Source of the DNA: Epiperipatus broadwayi
Lineage: Eukaryota > Animalia > Onychophora
DNA length: 64,000 bases
Direction of reading: 5' to 3'
Assembly (NCBI GenBank): GCA_028023455.1
Contig: JAQFVV010000007.1
Span: 9,610,001 to 9,674,000, forward strand
Notes under the pieces: generated by a model
Database searches by the model: none
Told to the model about the DNA's origin: nothing
The model's input: only the letters and a program-made list of their open reading frames with translations
Shown: positions 49,857-64,000 of the stretch, one piece after another
Numbering within the stretch: the stretch's first letter is position 1
Layout: the number at the start of each line of letters is the position of its first letter
Translations under genes and position numbers: made by a program

Positions 49857-52544
49857 TACTACTTACAAATTCTGTATAATATTTTATCCAAAGGCTTATA
49901 AAAATTTTTTATGTAGGCTTGGATTTTGGGAACCTTGTTACTTTCAATCAAGTAATGAGGACAAATCCTTCATTCTTCTAGGTGTTCTTCTATGCTGGTC
50001 ACATTTGTCTCATGGCTTAATCTTGTTACAAATTACCATAATCTTTCAAGAATATCATGCTTGCCTTAATAGAAATAACTACTTACTCTTAATGATTGGT
50101 TTTTCTCTCAAGTCCAAGCTGGTTTTTGAAACTACTTTTGATACAATGTGTTACAATTATTTTTTTTTCCTCTTTCACTAATTATTATATATTAACTTAT
50201 TTAGTAGACATGATGACTTTTATGTAAGTTTATAATGTATTGCATACAATACTTATTTTGTTAAATGTGTGCATATATATAACTAACACAAACATACATT
50301 TACATTATAAAAAATAACAAAGAATTCAATTTCATTTAATACTGCATAAGAAACTGAAATTAAATGGGCAGATTTACTAAAAGAAAGAAAAAATTTTCTC
50401 AATGATTAAAAAGAAATTTCCAAATAATATTTAATTATTAATTTATTAAATATTTCACTATTTCTTAAACATTTAAAAAATAATAAAAAGTAAATGCAGA
50501 ATTTATATAAAAAAAACATTTTAGTCAAATGCATTGTTTTGGAATGTTACAATACAGATATAAAACAGTTCTTAACACACACACACACACACACAATTTA
50601 ATACAATACAGAGATTTTTATCAACGATATATGGGTCTATAATGCAATGTAAATAAAAAATAAATACATTAAGATAGCAACAAAAATAATTAACAAAAAA
50701 AAAAAAAAACATAACAGAATAATGCAGAGCAGAATAATAATTCTTTTTCAAAAAACAAATTAAATAAAACATACATATTTTTCATCTTTATTACTTTTAC
50801 AATTAAAATTAAGATGATGAAATGCAGAAGACAGACTGAATCTTTAATTCATAAACTTCACATACGTTTATCTTTAGATAGTGGTTGCTATTTTTTCTTT
50901 TTCTGTGATTACAAAGTTAAAATTAGTTTAAAATGATACTAAAGCATAAAATTAATGAAGATAGCAGTTTTGGAAAATCTAAAGGAAGCCATGAAATGCT
51001 TTACAAGTTCATACGAATCTATTCAAAAATTCTTTACTTGCAGCAAATGGCATGATAATTACACTCTTCAGCGAACTGTTTGTTACACCTGTTGTATTGA
51101 TTCAACACTTTTTGATGGAATATATTATTGTCTACTAGAACATTTTCATTGCTTATAAGTTTTTTCAGTCTTCACTAAATGTCACATAGTGTGGATATAA
51201 TTTCAAGTGTGGATATAATTTCAACTGTTTCAGGAGTACAAATAATGATAGCAAAAGTTTTTTCTCCTTTTTTTACCATTTCAAAAATGAATTTTTCATT
51301 TTCAATATTCAGTCAGCCTCAGCATACAATTTTCTTCTTTGAAAGTGAAATCAATTATTTTCATTGTATTACATTAGAAAAGTACTTCGATTGCTTTTAG
51401 ATTTAACAGAATAGCTATCATCACTAACTTTGTACATGTTTCTTTTTTAAAAAAAAATTTAATCTTCAAAGTCACACCTAATAATGAGTGCAAACGCAAC
51501 AACACAGCAGAGTGCCTGAAATTAAAAATAAAAAGGGCCTCTGAAAAAAGTAATATATATCTTTTTTTTCCCCCAGAGAATTATTGCAGGTTTTGAAATG
51601 TCATTGCAACTATACATGAAAATTCTTACAGTGCAATGATAATGCAACTGTTCGCAATGCCTATGATACAGGTTTGAATCCAGAACCAAATAATCTTGAA
51701 AAAAATTTTCAAGTTCCAATCAGGCATCCAAAATTAGTTAATAAATGGGTTTTAGCTTTTTTTTTTTTTTTTAGAGGATAAGACAAAAATAACCTGCTAA
51801 GTACTGATTCCTCTTTCATTGCTCCTGTAAGAAGGGCTGTTGGAGAGGTAATTGTCATGGAATAGTTAAATTAATCATCACCTATACATATCTATACAAT
51901 AATGATTTTCCCCTTCTGTTTGAATTTGTAATTCAAATTTGCATATGATTAAGGTTTGATGAACTTCACCAAAAATGCACTCAAATTTTAGGCTTTAAAA
52001 AAAGGAAAAATTCATTTCACTATGCACACTAACAAACATATGCAAATTTGAATATCTGTATAGTGAAAGTGCCATATGGAGCTAACAAACTTCGCAATAT
52101 CTAACTACACGACTTCAATAAAAATGTAAACAAAAAAAAAAAAATTCACAAATTTTATGATATTCTAGCAAGCATTTTTTCTTCTGTGAGGACTATGTGT
52201 GATCTTACTTAAAATTATATGCATAAATTTTATAACATGTCAGTAGGTATTTTTCTGTCTCAGGGTTCCATATACAATTACATATATTAACGAAATTTGT
52301 TCCATTTATGTTGAAAGCATATAATTTTAGTCTTCATTTATCTATTCTGAATTTGATGAGGAGACCTTTGCATAATAAAATATTTTCTGAGCATAATGTT
52401 AAAGGTTTACAAAATTTTAGAGCACACTAAAAGTTAATATTGGATTAAAAACATCAAACCAAATGGAAAGACTCTAATTTCTCGATAATAAATCTGTTAT
52501 TAATGTTTCTGTATGAGAAAAATATTATTGAAAATATATATATA

Positions 52545-55500
52545 TGTAATGTATCCACCCCGTGAAAGAAACAACAGGGACAAACAACATACAATAAATT
52601 ACTAAAGTGAATTAGCTTAGTTTCGCAAATAAACAACTAATACGAAAATTACTAACTACTAAGATTTATTTAGTCAATTGAATTAAATGTTTACATCAGT
52701 TTCACTTAACCCTACATAGAGCCCTGAAGGCATATTAAATAATAAAAGATCGAGAGGATCCGTTATATTTACCCTAGTGGAACTTTTGAATCTTCAGATC
52801 TGATAATCTGAGTGCTTCTCCCTCATAGGTCCTGATTAGCAAAATAAAAGTCTTAGCTCTGATCTCAATCAGGAAACAACAGCAAAAGACCCATGCTCCT
52901 CTTCTACACAGTTTATATAGTCCTGCCTGTTTTCTTATCAGTTCCTGTTAATCTCTGCTTCTCATTTAATTAAACATGCCTCTTTATTTCTGTACTTATC
53001 TTTTCCAATTACCCTATTATTTTCTTTCAAAATATTATAATTATTTCCATTCTACATATTATTAAAGTTTGAATTTCTAAGTATTTCTATTTACACAAAT
53101 TTAAGTTTAATATATATCTACTTCTGGAGTAATATTTACAAAAGTTATATTTATTTCACCGTTAAACACAACACTTCCTCCCCTCACTCCAGAAGTAGAT
53201 TGTTTTTCCCACAAACATAGTCGTTTAAATGGAGAGGCTTTCTTTTATTGTGTATGGGTTTCAGGCAATTTTTTTTTCCCCACTTTATGTTGAAAATCAC
53301 TCTCTTCTTTTTCATCTCCTCCTGGTGTGTCTTCTGGTAATTCCTGCTCTGTGTTATCGCTCATTTCCTGTGGTTGTAGTTGTTCGAACATATCAATGTG
53401 CATACCTTTCGGTTCCCTTTTATGTATGTGATTCACATGTCATTTATATTTTAATCCATTATGTCCTGTAATTTCATATATTTGCTGTGATATTACTTTC
53501 TCAATTGTTCCCTTTACCCACACTTTACGAATAACATCTCTTATCCATACTGGATTACCTATTCCAAACAATTTTTGAGCTGTTTCTTTGCACATGATTT
53601 TTTGGGCAGTGTGATGCAAAATATCTAGCTTAATTCTTAACTTTTGCCCACATAGTAGTTCTGCTGGTGATTTCCCGGTCGCCATTGCTGTTGAATGCTG
53701 GTTTAACATAAATTCTTGAAAAGTTTGTTGTATATTTACGTTTTTATTTTTCTTTAAACATTTCTTTACTTATCCTATGGCATTCTCTGCTAATCCGTGT
53801 GACTCAGGATAATATGGTGGTGCATACACGTTTGATTCCACAACTATCAAAAAATTTATTCAGGTCTTTGCTTACAAATCCCACGGCATTGACTGATATT
53901 ATCATTTCCGGAAATCCATGTATATAAATATTGTCTTTAAACAGTTTATAGTTTCCTATCAACTTGTATTTTTTACCAGGTGGCACTCTATCCATTTCGA
54001 GTATGCATCTGTTACAATGAGCATTATTTTTCCATCAATCGGTCCTGCATGGACTATATGTAGACGTTCCCATGGTTTAACTGCTTTCAGCCAAGATAAA
54101 GATTGTTTAGCTGGAAATGAGCCTTCCGACTGACATGGTGAACATTTTTTAATAAATTTTTTGATATCATTATTTATTTGAGACCACCACACATAACTAC
54201 ATGCTAAAGCTTTTGCACACACTATGCCCGGGTGACCTTGGTGAAGTAAACTTAATACCTTATCTCTACCTACCAGGGATATAACAATTCTGTCCCCCAT
54301 CACTATGCATCCCCTACATATCAATAAGTTTTCTCTATTAACCCAAAACCCCATTACTAAATTTTTTTGATTTGCATTTGGGCCAACCTTTCTTAATCCA
54401 GGTTGTCAACACACAATACCCTTTATCTTCGTTAGTCCACCACTTAACAGTTTCGCTATTTACAACCTCGGAATTCATGTTATCAATATAATTCACCTCA
54501 ATTTCACTCTCTATTGGCTCCTTGTTATCTAGTAATCTCGATAAAGCATCCGCTGGATAATTTCCTTTCCCTTCTTGTATTTTAATATAAAATCATATGA
54601 ACCCAATACATTACACCATCTTAACATACCCGGGCTTAAATGTTCCAGAGTTGCCCGGTAATTTCCAAAAATACCCAGCAGAATGGCTTATGATCTGTTA
54701 TCATCTCAAATTTTCGGCCAAAAATAAATTGGGAATTTCTTCACCGCAAATATAATCGCCAGCGCCTCTTTATCTATCTGGCTATAATTTCTTTCTGCCT
54801 TCGACAAAGTTCTGGATGCATTATGCCACAGGGCACTCACATTCCTCTATCAGATGAGCTAGGACTGCACCTACTCCCCATTCTGATGCATCTGTAGTGA
54901 TTCTAACATCTTGATCGCTATCAAAATGCACTAACAGTTTATCCGATACTAATAGATCTTTTGTTTTTTCGAAAGCTTTTGCATGTGTTTCCATCCAGCT
55001 CCATGTTTGCCCTTTACGTAGTAATTCATATAACGGAGTTGCTACCATTGCCTTATTTTTCAGGAAAGGTTCGAAAAAATTTATGAGACACAGAAACGCT
55101 TGAAACTGTTTTACATTTTAGGTCTTACTGCGTTTTTTACTGCTCAAACTTTGCCATTCAAAGAGTGCTTCCCTTTATCTGAAATTGTATGACCTAGAAA
55201 ATTAAATTCTTTTGCTTCCCATGCACATTTTTCTAGTTTTAATTTTACATCTGCCATGTTCAACCTATCACATACTTTTAAAACTCTACTTTTTAAATTT
55301 CCACTAGATGTTGCTGTTATTAATACATCATCATAATAAGGCATCACCCCTTCAATTCCTTGCAATATCATGTTTAACTTTGCCTGAAAAATGTTTGGTG
55401 CTGTAATAATTCCAAACGGCAACCGATTGCATTTATATAACCCAAAAGGCGTGGTAAAGGTTAACAACTTTGCTGTGTTCTCTGTAACTTTAATCTGATG

Positions 55501-57709
55501 GTACGCAGAGTTTAGGTCTAATTTAGCAAAATATTTTGCCTTCGACAAATCTGTTAGTATTTCGCGTACATTGGGTACCGGGTATGCACCTTTATTCAAA
55601 TATTTGTTAACTGTAACACGGGAATCGCCACACAATCTAATTTCCCCATTCGGTTTTGTTATTACCACAATCGGAGTGGGCCATTCTGCCTCCTTTACTG
55701 GCGTTAATATACCACTTGCTACTAAATGTTTTAACTTGTCTTCTACCTTTTGTCTTTGCACAAAAGAGATTTTACGTGGCTTACACATTACTGTTCTTAC
55801 ATTATCCGTTAAATGTATTTCCATCGGGTTTGTTGTAATTAAGCCCAGATCTTGCGTAAATAAGTCTGGGTATAATTTTACCGTTTCTTTTTCTGTTGAA
55901 ATCATTTCTACAATGGAAAATTGTATTCCCAGGAAACAACCATTCTCTCCCTATTAACGGGCTTATTTTTTTCTCAACTATATAGATTAGCAGTGTAAAT
56001 TCTTTCTCTCTAAACACTACTGGAACATCTACTTTTCCCATTATTTTAATAGGATTACCATTAACAACCTTTACTTTGATGTCCACATTCTGCATTTTTA
56101 CTTTTGTGTTGGCTTTCGAAATTTCTTTCCAATCGTTTACCCGACCCACTATTAACTTCCATATTTAGCTCACTATTATATATTTTTACTTTAACCATAA
56201 AATGGTCTTCCGTAGGCATTATTATATTTTTCTTAATATTAGTTTCTTCATATCTATATGCCATTTTCTTGTATATTTCTTTTTTACAAGGCTTTTTACA
56301 TACTGCTGCTAAATGTCTTTTCACTCCACAATTGTAGCAGCCTTCTTTCTTCAACTTGCACTTTTTTGCTACATGCCCTGTTTTTCCACAGCAGAAACAT
56401 TTTATTGATATCTTTTCTTCAGTGCTTTCCTAGTAATTTTTTTCAATTTTATATAATGCCATTATACTGGTCTCTTCAGACTTGTTTCTAAAAGCGCAAG
56501 CTTGCTCTTCCCTTTTTAATAGCCTGTTCATATGACAAATCAGCTTCAGTCAATAATGTTTGGCATAGCCTTTTGTCCACCATTCCCCATAATAACTGGT
56601 TTAGTAAAATCTGTTCCATGAAATCTTCATAGTCGCAATTTTTAGCTAACTGCCTTAAAACTATATTACAATTCTTTATTTTTTCTTCTGTGGCCTGTTT
56701 ACGATTTCTGAGAGCTAATCTGGCAATGTGTTTAGAGGGCCTTGAACTAAAATAGTCCGTTAATTTTTTAATTAATCCTTCAAAACATGCTCCGTCCGTT
56801 ATCGGCCCATCACCCAATTTGTTCACAATTTCAATAACTTTTCGTCCTGCTAAACACAATAGAGGGGCCACTTTTTTGTCATTTTCCACTATGCTGTTTA
56901 GTTTAAAAAAATTCTCTAACTGCGTGACGTATATAGGCCATTCCTGAGGGTTTTCTATCCAAACTCCGTAGTATTGCTTTGTCCTAACGACATTTTACAA
57001 CTTTAGTATTCTCGGCTGCATTTGCGAAAACTTTCAACATATATACCTTCTCACTCCACACGTAGTTCGTATGCAGCTGTTCGAGTGCGCCAAATTTGTA
57101 ATGTATCCACCCCATGAGAGAAACAACAGAGACAAACAACATACAATAAATTACTAAAGTGAATTAGCTTAGTTTCGCAAATAAACAACCAATATAAAAA
57201 TTACTAACTACTAAGATTTATTTAGTCAATTGAATTAAATGTTTACATCAGTTTGACTTAACCCGACATAGAGCCCTGAAGGCGTTCTAAATAATAAAAG
57301 ATCGGGAGGATCCGTTATATTTACCCTAGTCGGACTTTTAAACCTTCAGATCCGATAATCTGGGTGCTTCTCCCTCATAGGTCCTGATCAGCAAAATATA
57401 AGTCTTAGCTCTGATCTACAATCAGGAACCAACAGCAAAAGACGCACGCTCCTCTCCTGCACAGTTTATATAGTCTTGCCTGTTTTCTTAACAGTTCCTT
57501 TTAATCTCTGCATCTCGTTTAATTAAACATGCCTCTTTATCTCTGTACTTATCTTTTTCAATTATCCTATTATTGACTTTCAAAATGTTATAATTATTTC
57601 CATTCTACATATTAATAAAGTTTGAATTTCTAAGTATTTCTATTTACACAAATTTAAGTTTGACATATATATATATATCTACTTCTGGAGTAATATATTT
57701 AACACAACA
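52545..57709 (-). mobile_element. Full-length decayed Ty3/Gypsy LTR retrotransposon (Mag/K02A2.6-like)
   Basis: LTRs 52545-53173 and 57097-57709 with TG...CA ends. PPT GAGGGGAGGAAG at 53174-53185; PBS-like TGGCGCACTCGAACAG just inside the 5' LTR; ATATA flanks in a TA repeat; gag-PR-RT-RNH-IN order. Confidence 0.95.
53230..56993 (-). pseudogene. Gypsy gag-pol remnants
   Basis: gag with two CCHC knuckles (CFCCGKTGHVAKKC; CYNCGVKRHLAAVC), protease MEVNSGS, RT LCGDSRVTVNK and YYDDVLI, RNase H TTDASEWGVGAVL, integrase HQGHPG..CSPC..PWERLHI. Multiple frameshifts and stops. Confidence 0.9.
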
Positions 57710-58903
57710 ATATATATATTGCCAAGAGCATATTTAATAATGATGAATGTCAGACATTTCACAATTTACTTTATTTTAATAAAAATATGGTAGTTTTTTT
57801 CTTCTTATTCTTATTGCTTCAGTAATACATGTAATTATGTCCTTTCAATATATTATTAATAACTATAATATTATTATTTTTTAAAATTGTGCTTGTAAAA
57901 TAATTTCAATTTATATATGCATACTATAAATATAAAAAGTACTGTTATACATATGTGCAAGTATTGCATATTTGCAGTTTAATAACCAATACATATTCTA
58001 TTCTAATCAATGCTTAACAACAAAATCTGAACTGTTATACACTATTTACATTTATACGTGAGAGAGGCTTGGAACAAATACGGCATATTTTGCAGTTCCA
58101 GTGTACAATTAAAAGTGTTTTAACACAAACATACATAAAATAACACATGTGCATACACCCATAATACACTTTACTTTTAAAATAAAAATAATTAGTAGAA
58201 ATACGAATTATTATATAATAGGTAACATAGATGTAATTAAAACATTTTTTTTTCAAAACTATTTTGTTATTATACTGAACTTTTAATATCAGATCTATAA
58301 TAAGTTTTCCTAGTTTTTTTTAGTTTACATATTTTACTTAACTTAAACAAACAAAAAAAAAAACATTTCTTGTCACAAGTAGTTAAAGCAATTTTAGCAG
58401 AATCAAAAGAATAAACATCACTCAACCACATACTTCTAATGCTTTAATTATATTCCCATATGTTGAACCAATGAAAGGAAGTTAATAAAACATATTTGAA
58501 AATTTTAACAACTTTTAATCAATAAATAAAAAGATCCTAGAAAAAAAATACTGCAATTGTATCTAATTGCAATAGTTTAACATTGGTCCCAGCTTATATA
58601 ATGAACCATATTAAAATAAAATATATAATATGCATATCATTAATAGAAACTCAAATATAAAATAACACTATCACATACTGTTACATTATTTCAGAAGCAC
58701 TACCTGTAAAACAAACATAGTCTGAATAAAGCATCATTATTCAGATGTTGTTTCACAAGTAGAATTGCTGAAATAACATAACAACATGTGATAGTGATAT
58801 AATACATATTGAATATAAATTACATTTCCATATTCTGTCATTCTAGATATTAACGTAAATAATACTTATACAGAGTTTAAATATAAAATTTTAATTATAT
58901 AAC

Positions 58904-59098
58904 TGTACTAAGTATACTTTCCACATTTTCACATCATATTCATATATCATGGTCAGTCCGCTGAAAACATTAATTTTTTGCTGATTTGAATATTATGAAC
59001 CCAAAAAGTAATAGTATTCAAATCAGTAAAAAAAATTCATGTTCTCAGCAGATTGACCATGAATATGATGGGGAAAAGTCGAAAGTATGCTCGGTACA
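58904..59098. mobile_element. ~195-bp imperfect palindrome (MITE-like)
   Basis: TGTACTAAGTATACTTT..ATGGTCAGTCCGCTGAAAACAT..TGATTTGAATA mirrors TATTCAAATCAG..ATGTTCTCAGCAGATTGACCAT..AAAGTATGCTCGGTACA. Confidence 0.65.
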
Positions 59099-60904
59099 AT
59101 TATATTATTAAAATTTTATATATAGAGTAAGTTAAAAACAAACTCTTATGAAGCTTCAAAAAATACCCTCAACCTCAGACCGCGGTAAGTATTGTATATA
59201 TAAATGCATACACATTTTTTTCCAAATAAAAAGTATGATGAAAATGTGATGATAAAATGCAAGAGATATATAACTGATAGTATAAAAAAAAATTTAATTT
59301 TTATGTACTAATTTATTTATTATAATTATTTAAAAATTGTAATTAAATGAATATACTACTCCACTATGCATGATGTGTATATATATATATACTGAGACAG
59401 TATAGATCTAATGCTTAAGATCTACATTTAATAGTTAGTAAAATGTATAACAATCAACGAAAGTGCAAAAATTTAATGAAGCCAAAATTAATAAAGATCA
59501 CATAAATTGTTTAATCAACTTGATAATATAACTAATTTAAAATATTTAAAGATTAAACAATTTCTGAAGATAAACAACTTAAAATTAATATAACATTTTA
59601 CAACAATTTTGGTGAATTAAATTCATTTTCACAAAAAGTATAAAATATTAATATAAGATTAGTTAATTTGTTTTAATAGACAAAATACGAAATTGAAATG
59701 AAAATAAATGTGTTGTATATTGTGTTTTTCTGAAGATTTGTGATGATGGTGTTGACAAATACATAACCCTCCAATTATACAACTTGAAAATGTTAATTAT
59801 TATAGCGTATCTCTATCATTCAACCTTAAGGTAATGCAATGATGATGTCTTACATTTAGAACTCAAGATACCAGATGGAAGCCAGCTATTATCTAAATTA
59901 TAAGGTTATGATTAGCATATAACCGATTTACATTATTTAAACAGTCATGTACCATAATTCTAGTTTTATATATGATGATAACTAATTACCACATCCCAGC
60001 TTGAAATTTAATATGTGATTTTGCACAAAATTGTATAACTCAAATAAATTAAGAATAAAGAAATGCAAAAGCTTTAAACATTAACAAAACAAATAATTTA
60101 ATAAAGAGTTTGAACTTTGCACAAAATGAACATTTACATTTCATAAATTAAACAATTACATTGTTGTTCATATTAATTTTAAAATAATAATTTTAAAATT
60201 AATATTTCCTTATCTCTACTACAACAGACATCAGCATGAAATCTAGCTGAAACTTTTTTACATTCACAAATATATATGTAAATAATTAATTAAACTTTCA
60301 ATAGATATGTAATAATATTAATTTACAAGATTAAAAAAATAAATCAACTAATCTCTAACATTGGCTATGAATAAGCATATATTCAACAAAGACTGGTTGA
60401 TTTTTTTTCATCAAACATTGCTTCTTGAAAGATTTTAGAAAATTTCTAGAGGGCACAAATTAAAATTAATTTTAGGTATATATATATACACACACACACA
60501 TGCACGTGAAACAAAAGTATTCAGATATGGCCACATTAATATAAGCAAAGCCATAACTGTGTAAGTAAATAGGGTGAAAAAAAATTGAAAATATAAAAAT
60601 TAATGTTTATATTTATTTTTAAAAAAAAGGAGAATAAAGGCCTCCTGGTCAAATTATTTCTCAGAATGATGGAAATCCTTGTTTTCTACCTCTTTTATGA
60701 TTGGATTATTTTATGTAAATGTCTTCTACTTGTTTCGAAGTGTATACTTGATACAAAAAAGTACATCCACTTATCTATATAATACATATTACCCTGCAAA
60801 GTAACAAAATGTAATGTATATATGCATACCATTATGTCTGTGCACACACACAAAGTTATGCCTTATAAGACTAGCTACAAATAAAATCATGTAAATCATA
60901 CTTA

Positions 60905-61204
<300 letters not shown>

Positions 61205-61329
61205 TTACTTACATATGGATATAATGGCTCATATATTATTTAGAAAAAACAATATTAAGAAAAAACTAATATTCACAGTTGACATTTCTAATTTTCAGAA
61301 GCATTCTAATGCATTTAAATTATGACTTG

Positions 61330-63155
61330 CAAATCCTTTTCATATATTAGCAGATTTTAAACATGATTCAGATTTGAATGAAATTAATAACTGATACACT
61401 TAAAAATTGCAACAAAGATAGCTGAGAGAACAAAAGCTGCAATTGATCAATAAAACTTCTACCGAGACTAGAGAATTTATGAAAAAAAGAAGCAATATGA
61501 AGATATATAAAAATGATACAATAAGGATTGAATATCTTCAATTTTGTAAAATGGTATGAAAAAGAGTCGATAATGATATAAAAAAATATTATTGTGAACT
61601 AGCAAGGAAAACTGTAGAAGAGAAGTCTCAAGAGTATAAACAACATTTTGGTATTGGTAGGAAATTTATATCTGCAATAAGAAAAAAAGGAAATTATTAC
61701 TAAAAAGAGAGATGACATCATGAAATTGATAGAAGATTTTTATCAAGAATTATATAGTAATTACATCTTTCGAATTGTCCAGAATTTTAAATGAAGAAGT
61801 GAGACATGCAATTAAATGTATGAAGAAAGGAAAGGCTCCAGGAAATGATGGAATTATAACTGATATATTAAAAGAAGCAGGTGAAGAAATAGAAACAATT
61901 TTAGCAAAGTTATATACCAAATGTTAGAATGATAATGATGTATCAGATGATTGGAAGAATGCAGTATGAAAATTAATATTTTAAAAAGGTGATATACAAA
62001 ATTTTTACCAAGATAATTATAACTTATCCACAGAGAACTTTGGATTTCAACCAACCAAAAGAACAAGCTGGATTTAAAAGTGGGTTTTAGTACAATGGAT
62101 CATATTGAAGTAGAAAGAACCAATGAATATGAGTTGTCATTATGCTTCGGATTTATAGATTATGAAAAAGCACTGAATCATCAGGATATTGTCATATTCT
62201 GAAAAATATTTATAAAAATGCAATGTAAACTAATTGTTGCTATTGCATTTGTATAAATATTTTTCAGAATATGACAATATCCTGATGGTGAAAGACAGGG
62301 TGATTCCATATCTACAAAACTTTTTACAGCAGTACTGCAATTTTGTGGATTAAAATGGGAAGCTAAAGGAATGGAGATTATTTAAGTCATTTAGATTTTG
62401 CAGCTGATGTAAGTGTTTTTGAAAATAATGCCTCAGAGCTTCAGAAAATGTTGCAAGAATTATCAGGTGAAAGTAAGACAGTAGGAGTAAAAGTAAGGTA
62501 AATGTTAAAAAGACTAAAGTAATATTCAATGGATTTGCTCGAAAATAAAAATAGAGATTGATAATGATGAGTTAGAAAACAAATACCTTTGTCAGATTAT
62601 TACTACAGATGAAAACATAATGGATGAAATTAATCACAGAATTAAACTTAGTTGGAACGATTTTGGTAATAACTTAATATTAAAGGGAAATTTGTGTATA
62701 TATTTGAAAAGATTTTTAATAAATGTGTTTTACCAGTTCTTTCTTATTAATGAATCTGAGAGTTGGACACTTAACAGAAAAGCAATACAAAGACTTCAGA
62801 TCACTCAAAAAAGTATGAAAGATGCATGTTAGGGGTTATAATAAGAGATCGAAAATGCAATACATGGATAAAAAAGCAAAGAGGTATCACTGATATCGTT
62901 GAAAGAATTAATAGACTGAAATGGAGTTGGGCTGGATATATTGGTAGTAGAGATAATAGATGGACAGTTTAAATCTTAAATTGGATTCCTAGAAATTGTA
63001 AAAGACCCAGAAAGACCACATGTAAGATGGATGGGTGAAATAAGAAAGTGTATGTGGGTAATGTGGAGAAGAGAGGCTAGAGATTGAAAAAGATGGATTG
63101 AACTTGGAGAAACCTTCATCCTGCAGTGGATTGATAATGGTTGTCAACGATAATG
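61330..63155 (+). mobile_element. Decayed RTE-clade LINE in the PI3K intron
   Basis: KKGKAPGNDGIITDILKEAGEE, FIDYEKA, DEINHRIKLSWNDF (ORF 62620-62832) and the RTE 3' tail at ~63110-63155. Confidence 0.85.
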
Positions 63156-64000
63156 ATGATATTATTTAGCTAACTACCAGTTAAAAATAAAACAAAGATA
63201 TATTTGAAAATTTATTTAAATCCCATGAAAGCAACCTATGCTGATTTTCAGCAAGAATCTTCAATCTGTTGTCAAGACAACCTTTAAAAGCAAAAGGTGG
63301 ATTCTTTAAAAAAAAAAAAAAAAATTCCCACCTTTCACCTGAACTAAGATATTATAGACAATAAAGTTGAAATTTGGACGTAACAAATGAAGATTTTTAA
63401 TTTTTAGAAGTTAAAATAAATCCCATCAAACAAGTAAATATAATCTATTTTGAAAATAAACTAAGAAATAATTATTTTTAAAACTTTCAAACCCCACTAC
63501 TATTTATTATCATTTAGATAATAAATATGAGATCAAAGGTAGATAGAGGTTGAAAGATCACAAAGGTACCTCACATGAAAGCAGTCCATGCTTTTGGACT
63601 GCTTTCGTATGATTTGCATTTATGAACCATCTAGCTTTGAGCAAAAGCAGATTTAGTATCTAAATAATAAATTTATATTTTTTCTTTTTTCACAACATAA
63701 AACAGTAGATATTAATCTTTATTAGCTAATTAAATTCTAAAATCAAACTAACTAAAATTATAATTGATATTGCATACAATGTTAGTTTAAGTATAATAAT
63801 GCTCAAGGTTAAATGGATTTGTAAAAAATCATTAAAAACCAGCCAACACATAGACAATCCCAATATCAATAACAATCAACAAATTGAAATTGTTGCCCAG
63901 GTAATCTCCTTTTAACAATAACAGTGGATTCCACCTATATATTAATGGTCCAATATATTTATATAGATACTAAAGATTGCAACCTGACCACAGAGATTGA

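Noticed and set aside
50950-51760. Moderately GC-rich block with several 60-70 aa ORFs
   Set aside because: Stops in all frames and no recognisable motif; probably an old TE remnant.
58680-60800. Acceptors at ~60793 (TTTGCAG) and ~58704 (TTTTACAG) as the next PI3K exon
   Set aside because: Splicing from the GA| donor gives a stop within 1-6 codons and no p110 C-terminal motifs.
63575-63635. 12-bp hairpin GAAAGCAGTCCA/TGGACTGCTTTC upstream of CTAG as a Helitron 3' end
   Set aside because: The spacing is too long, CTAG is not followed by T, and no 5' TC end or Rep/Hel sequence was identified.

Overview
AT-rich, CpG-depleted eukaryotic (probably invertebrate animal) genomic DNA that is mostly intron/intergenic sequence packed with mobile elements. 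The only host coding exon I can support is a 270-bp minus-strand exon of a class I PI3K catalytic subunit (60906-61175; DRH and DFG motifs). Mobile content: a decayed full-length Ty3/Gypsy element (52545-57709), several decayed RTE-clade LINEs, Penelope-like elements with degenerate hammerheads, a Buster/Charlie-type hAT transposon, a SPIN/URR1-like MITE, a pogo/Tigger-like MITE and several fold-back MITEs. The most unusual items are: (1) two ~410-450-bp tandem repeat families carrying minimal type I hammerhead ribozyme motifs (retrozyme-like; near-intact at 40.7-41.7 kb); (2) a 4.95-kb non-coding LTR-like unit with a 4-bp TSD, two nested pairs of inverted repeats and a perfect tRNA-Lys primer-binding site at the internal junction; (3) a tRNA-Gly(UCC)-like gene carrying a TAT anticodon. 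All alignments and folds were done by eye; no database searches were run.
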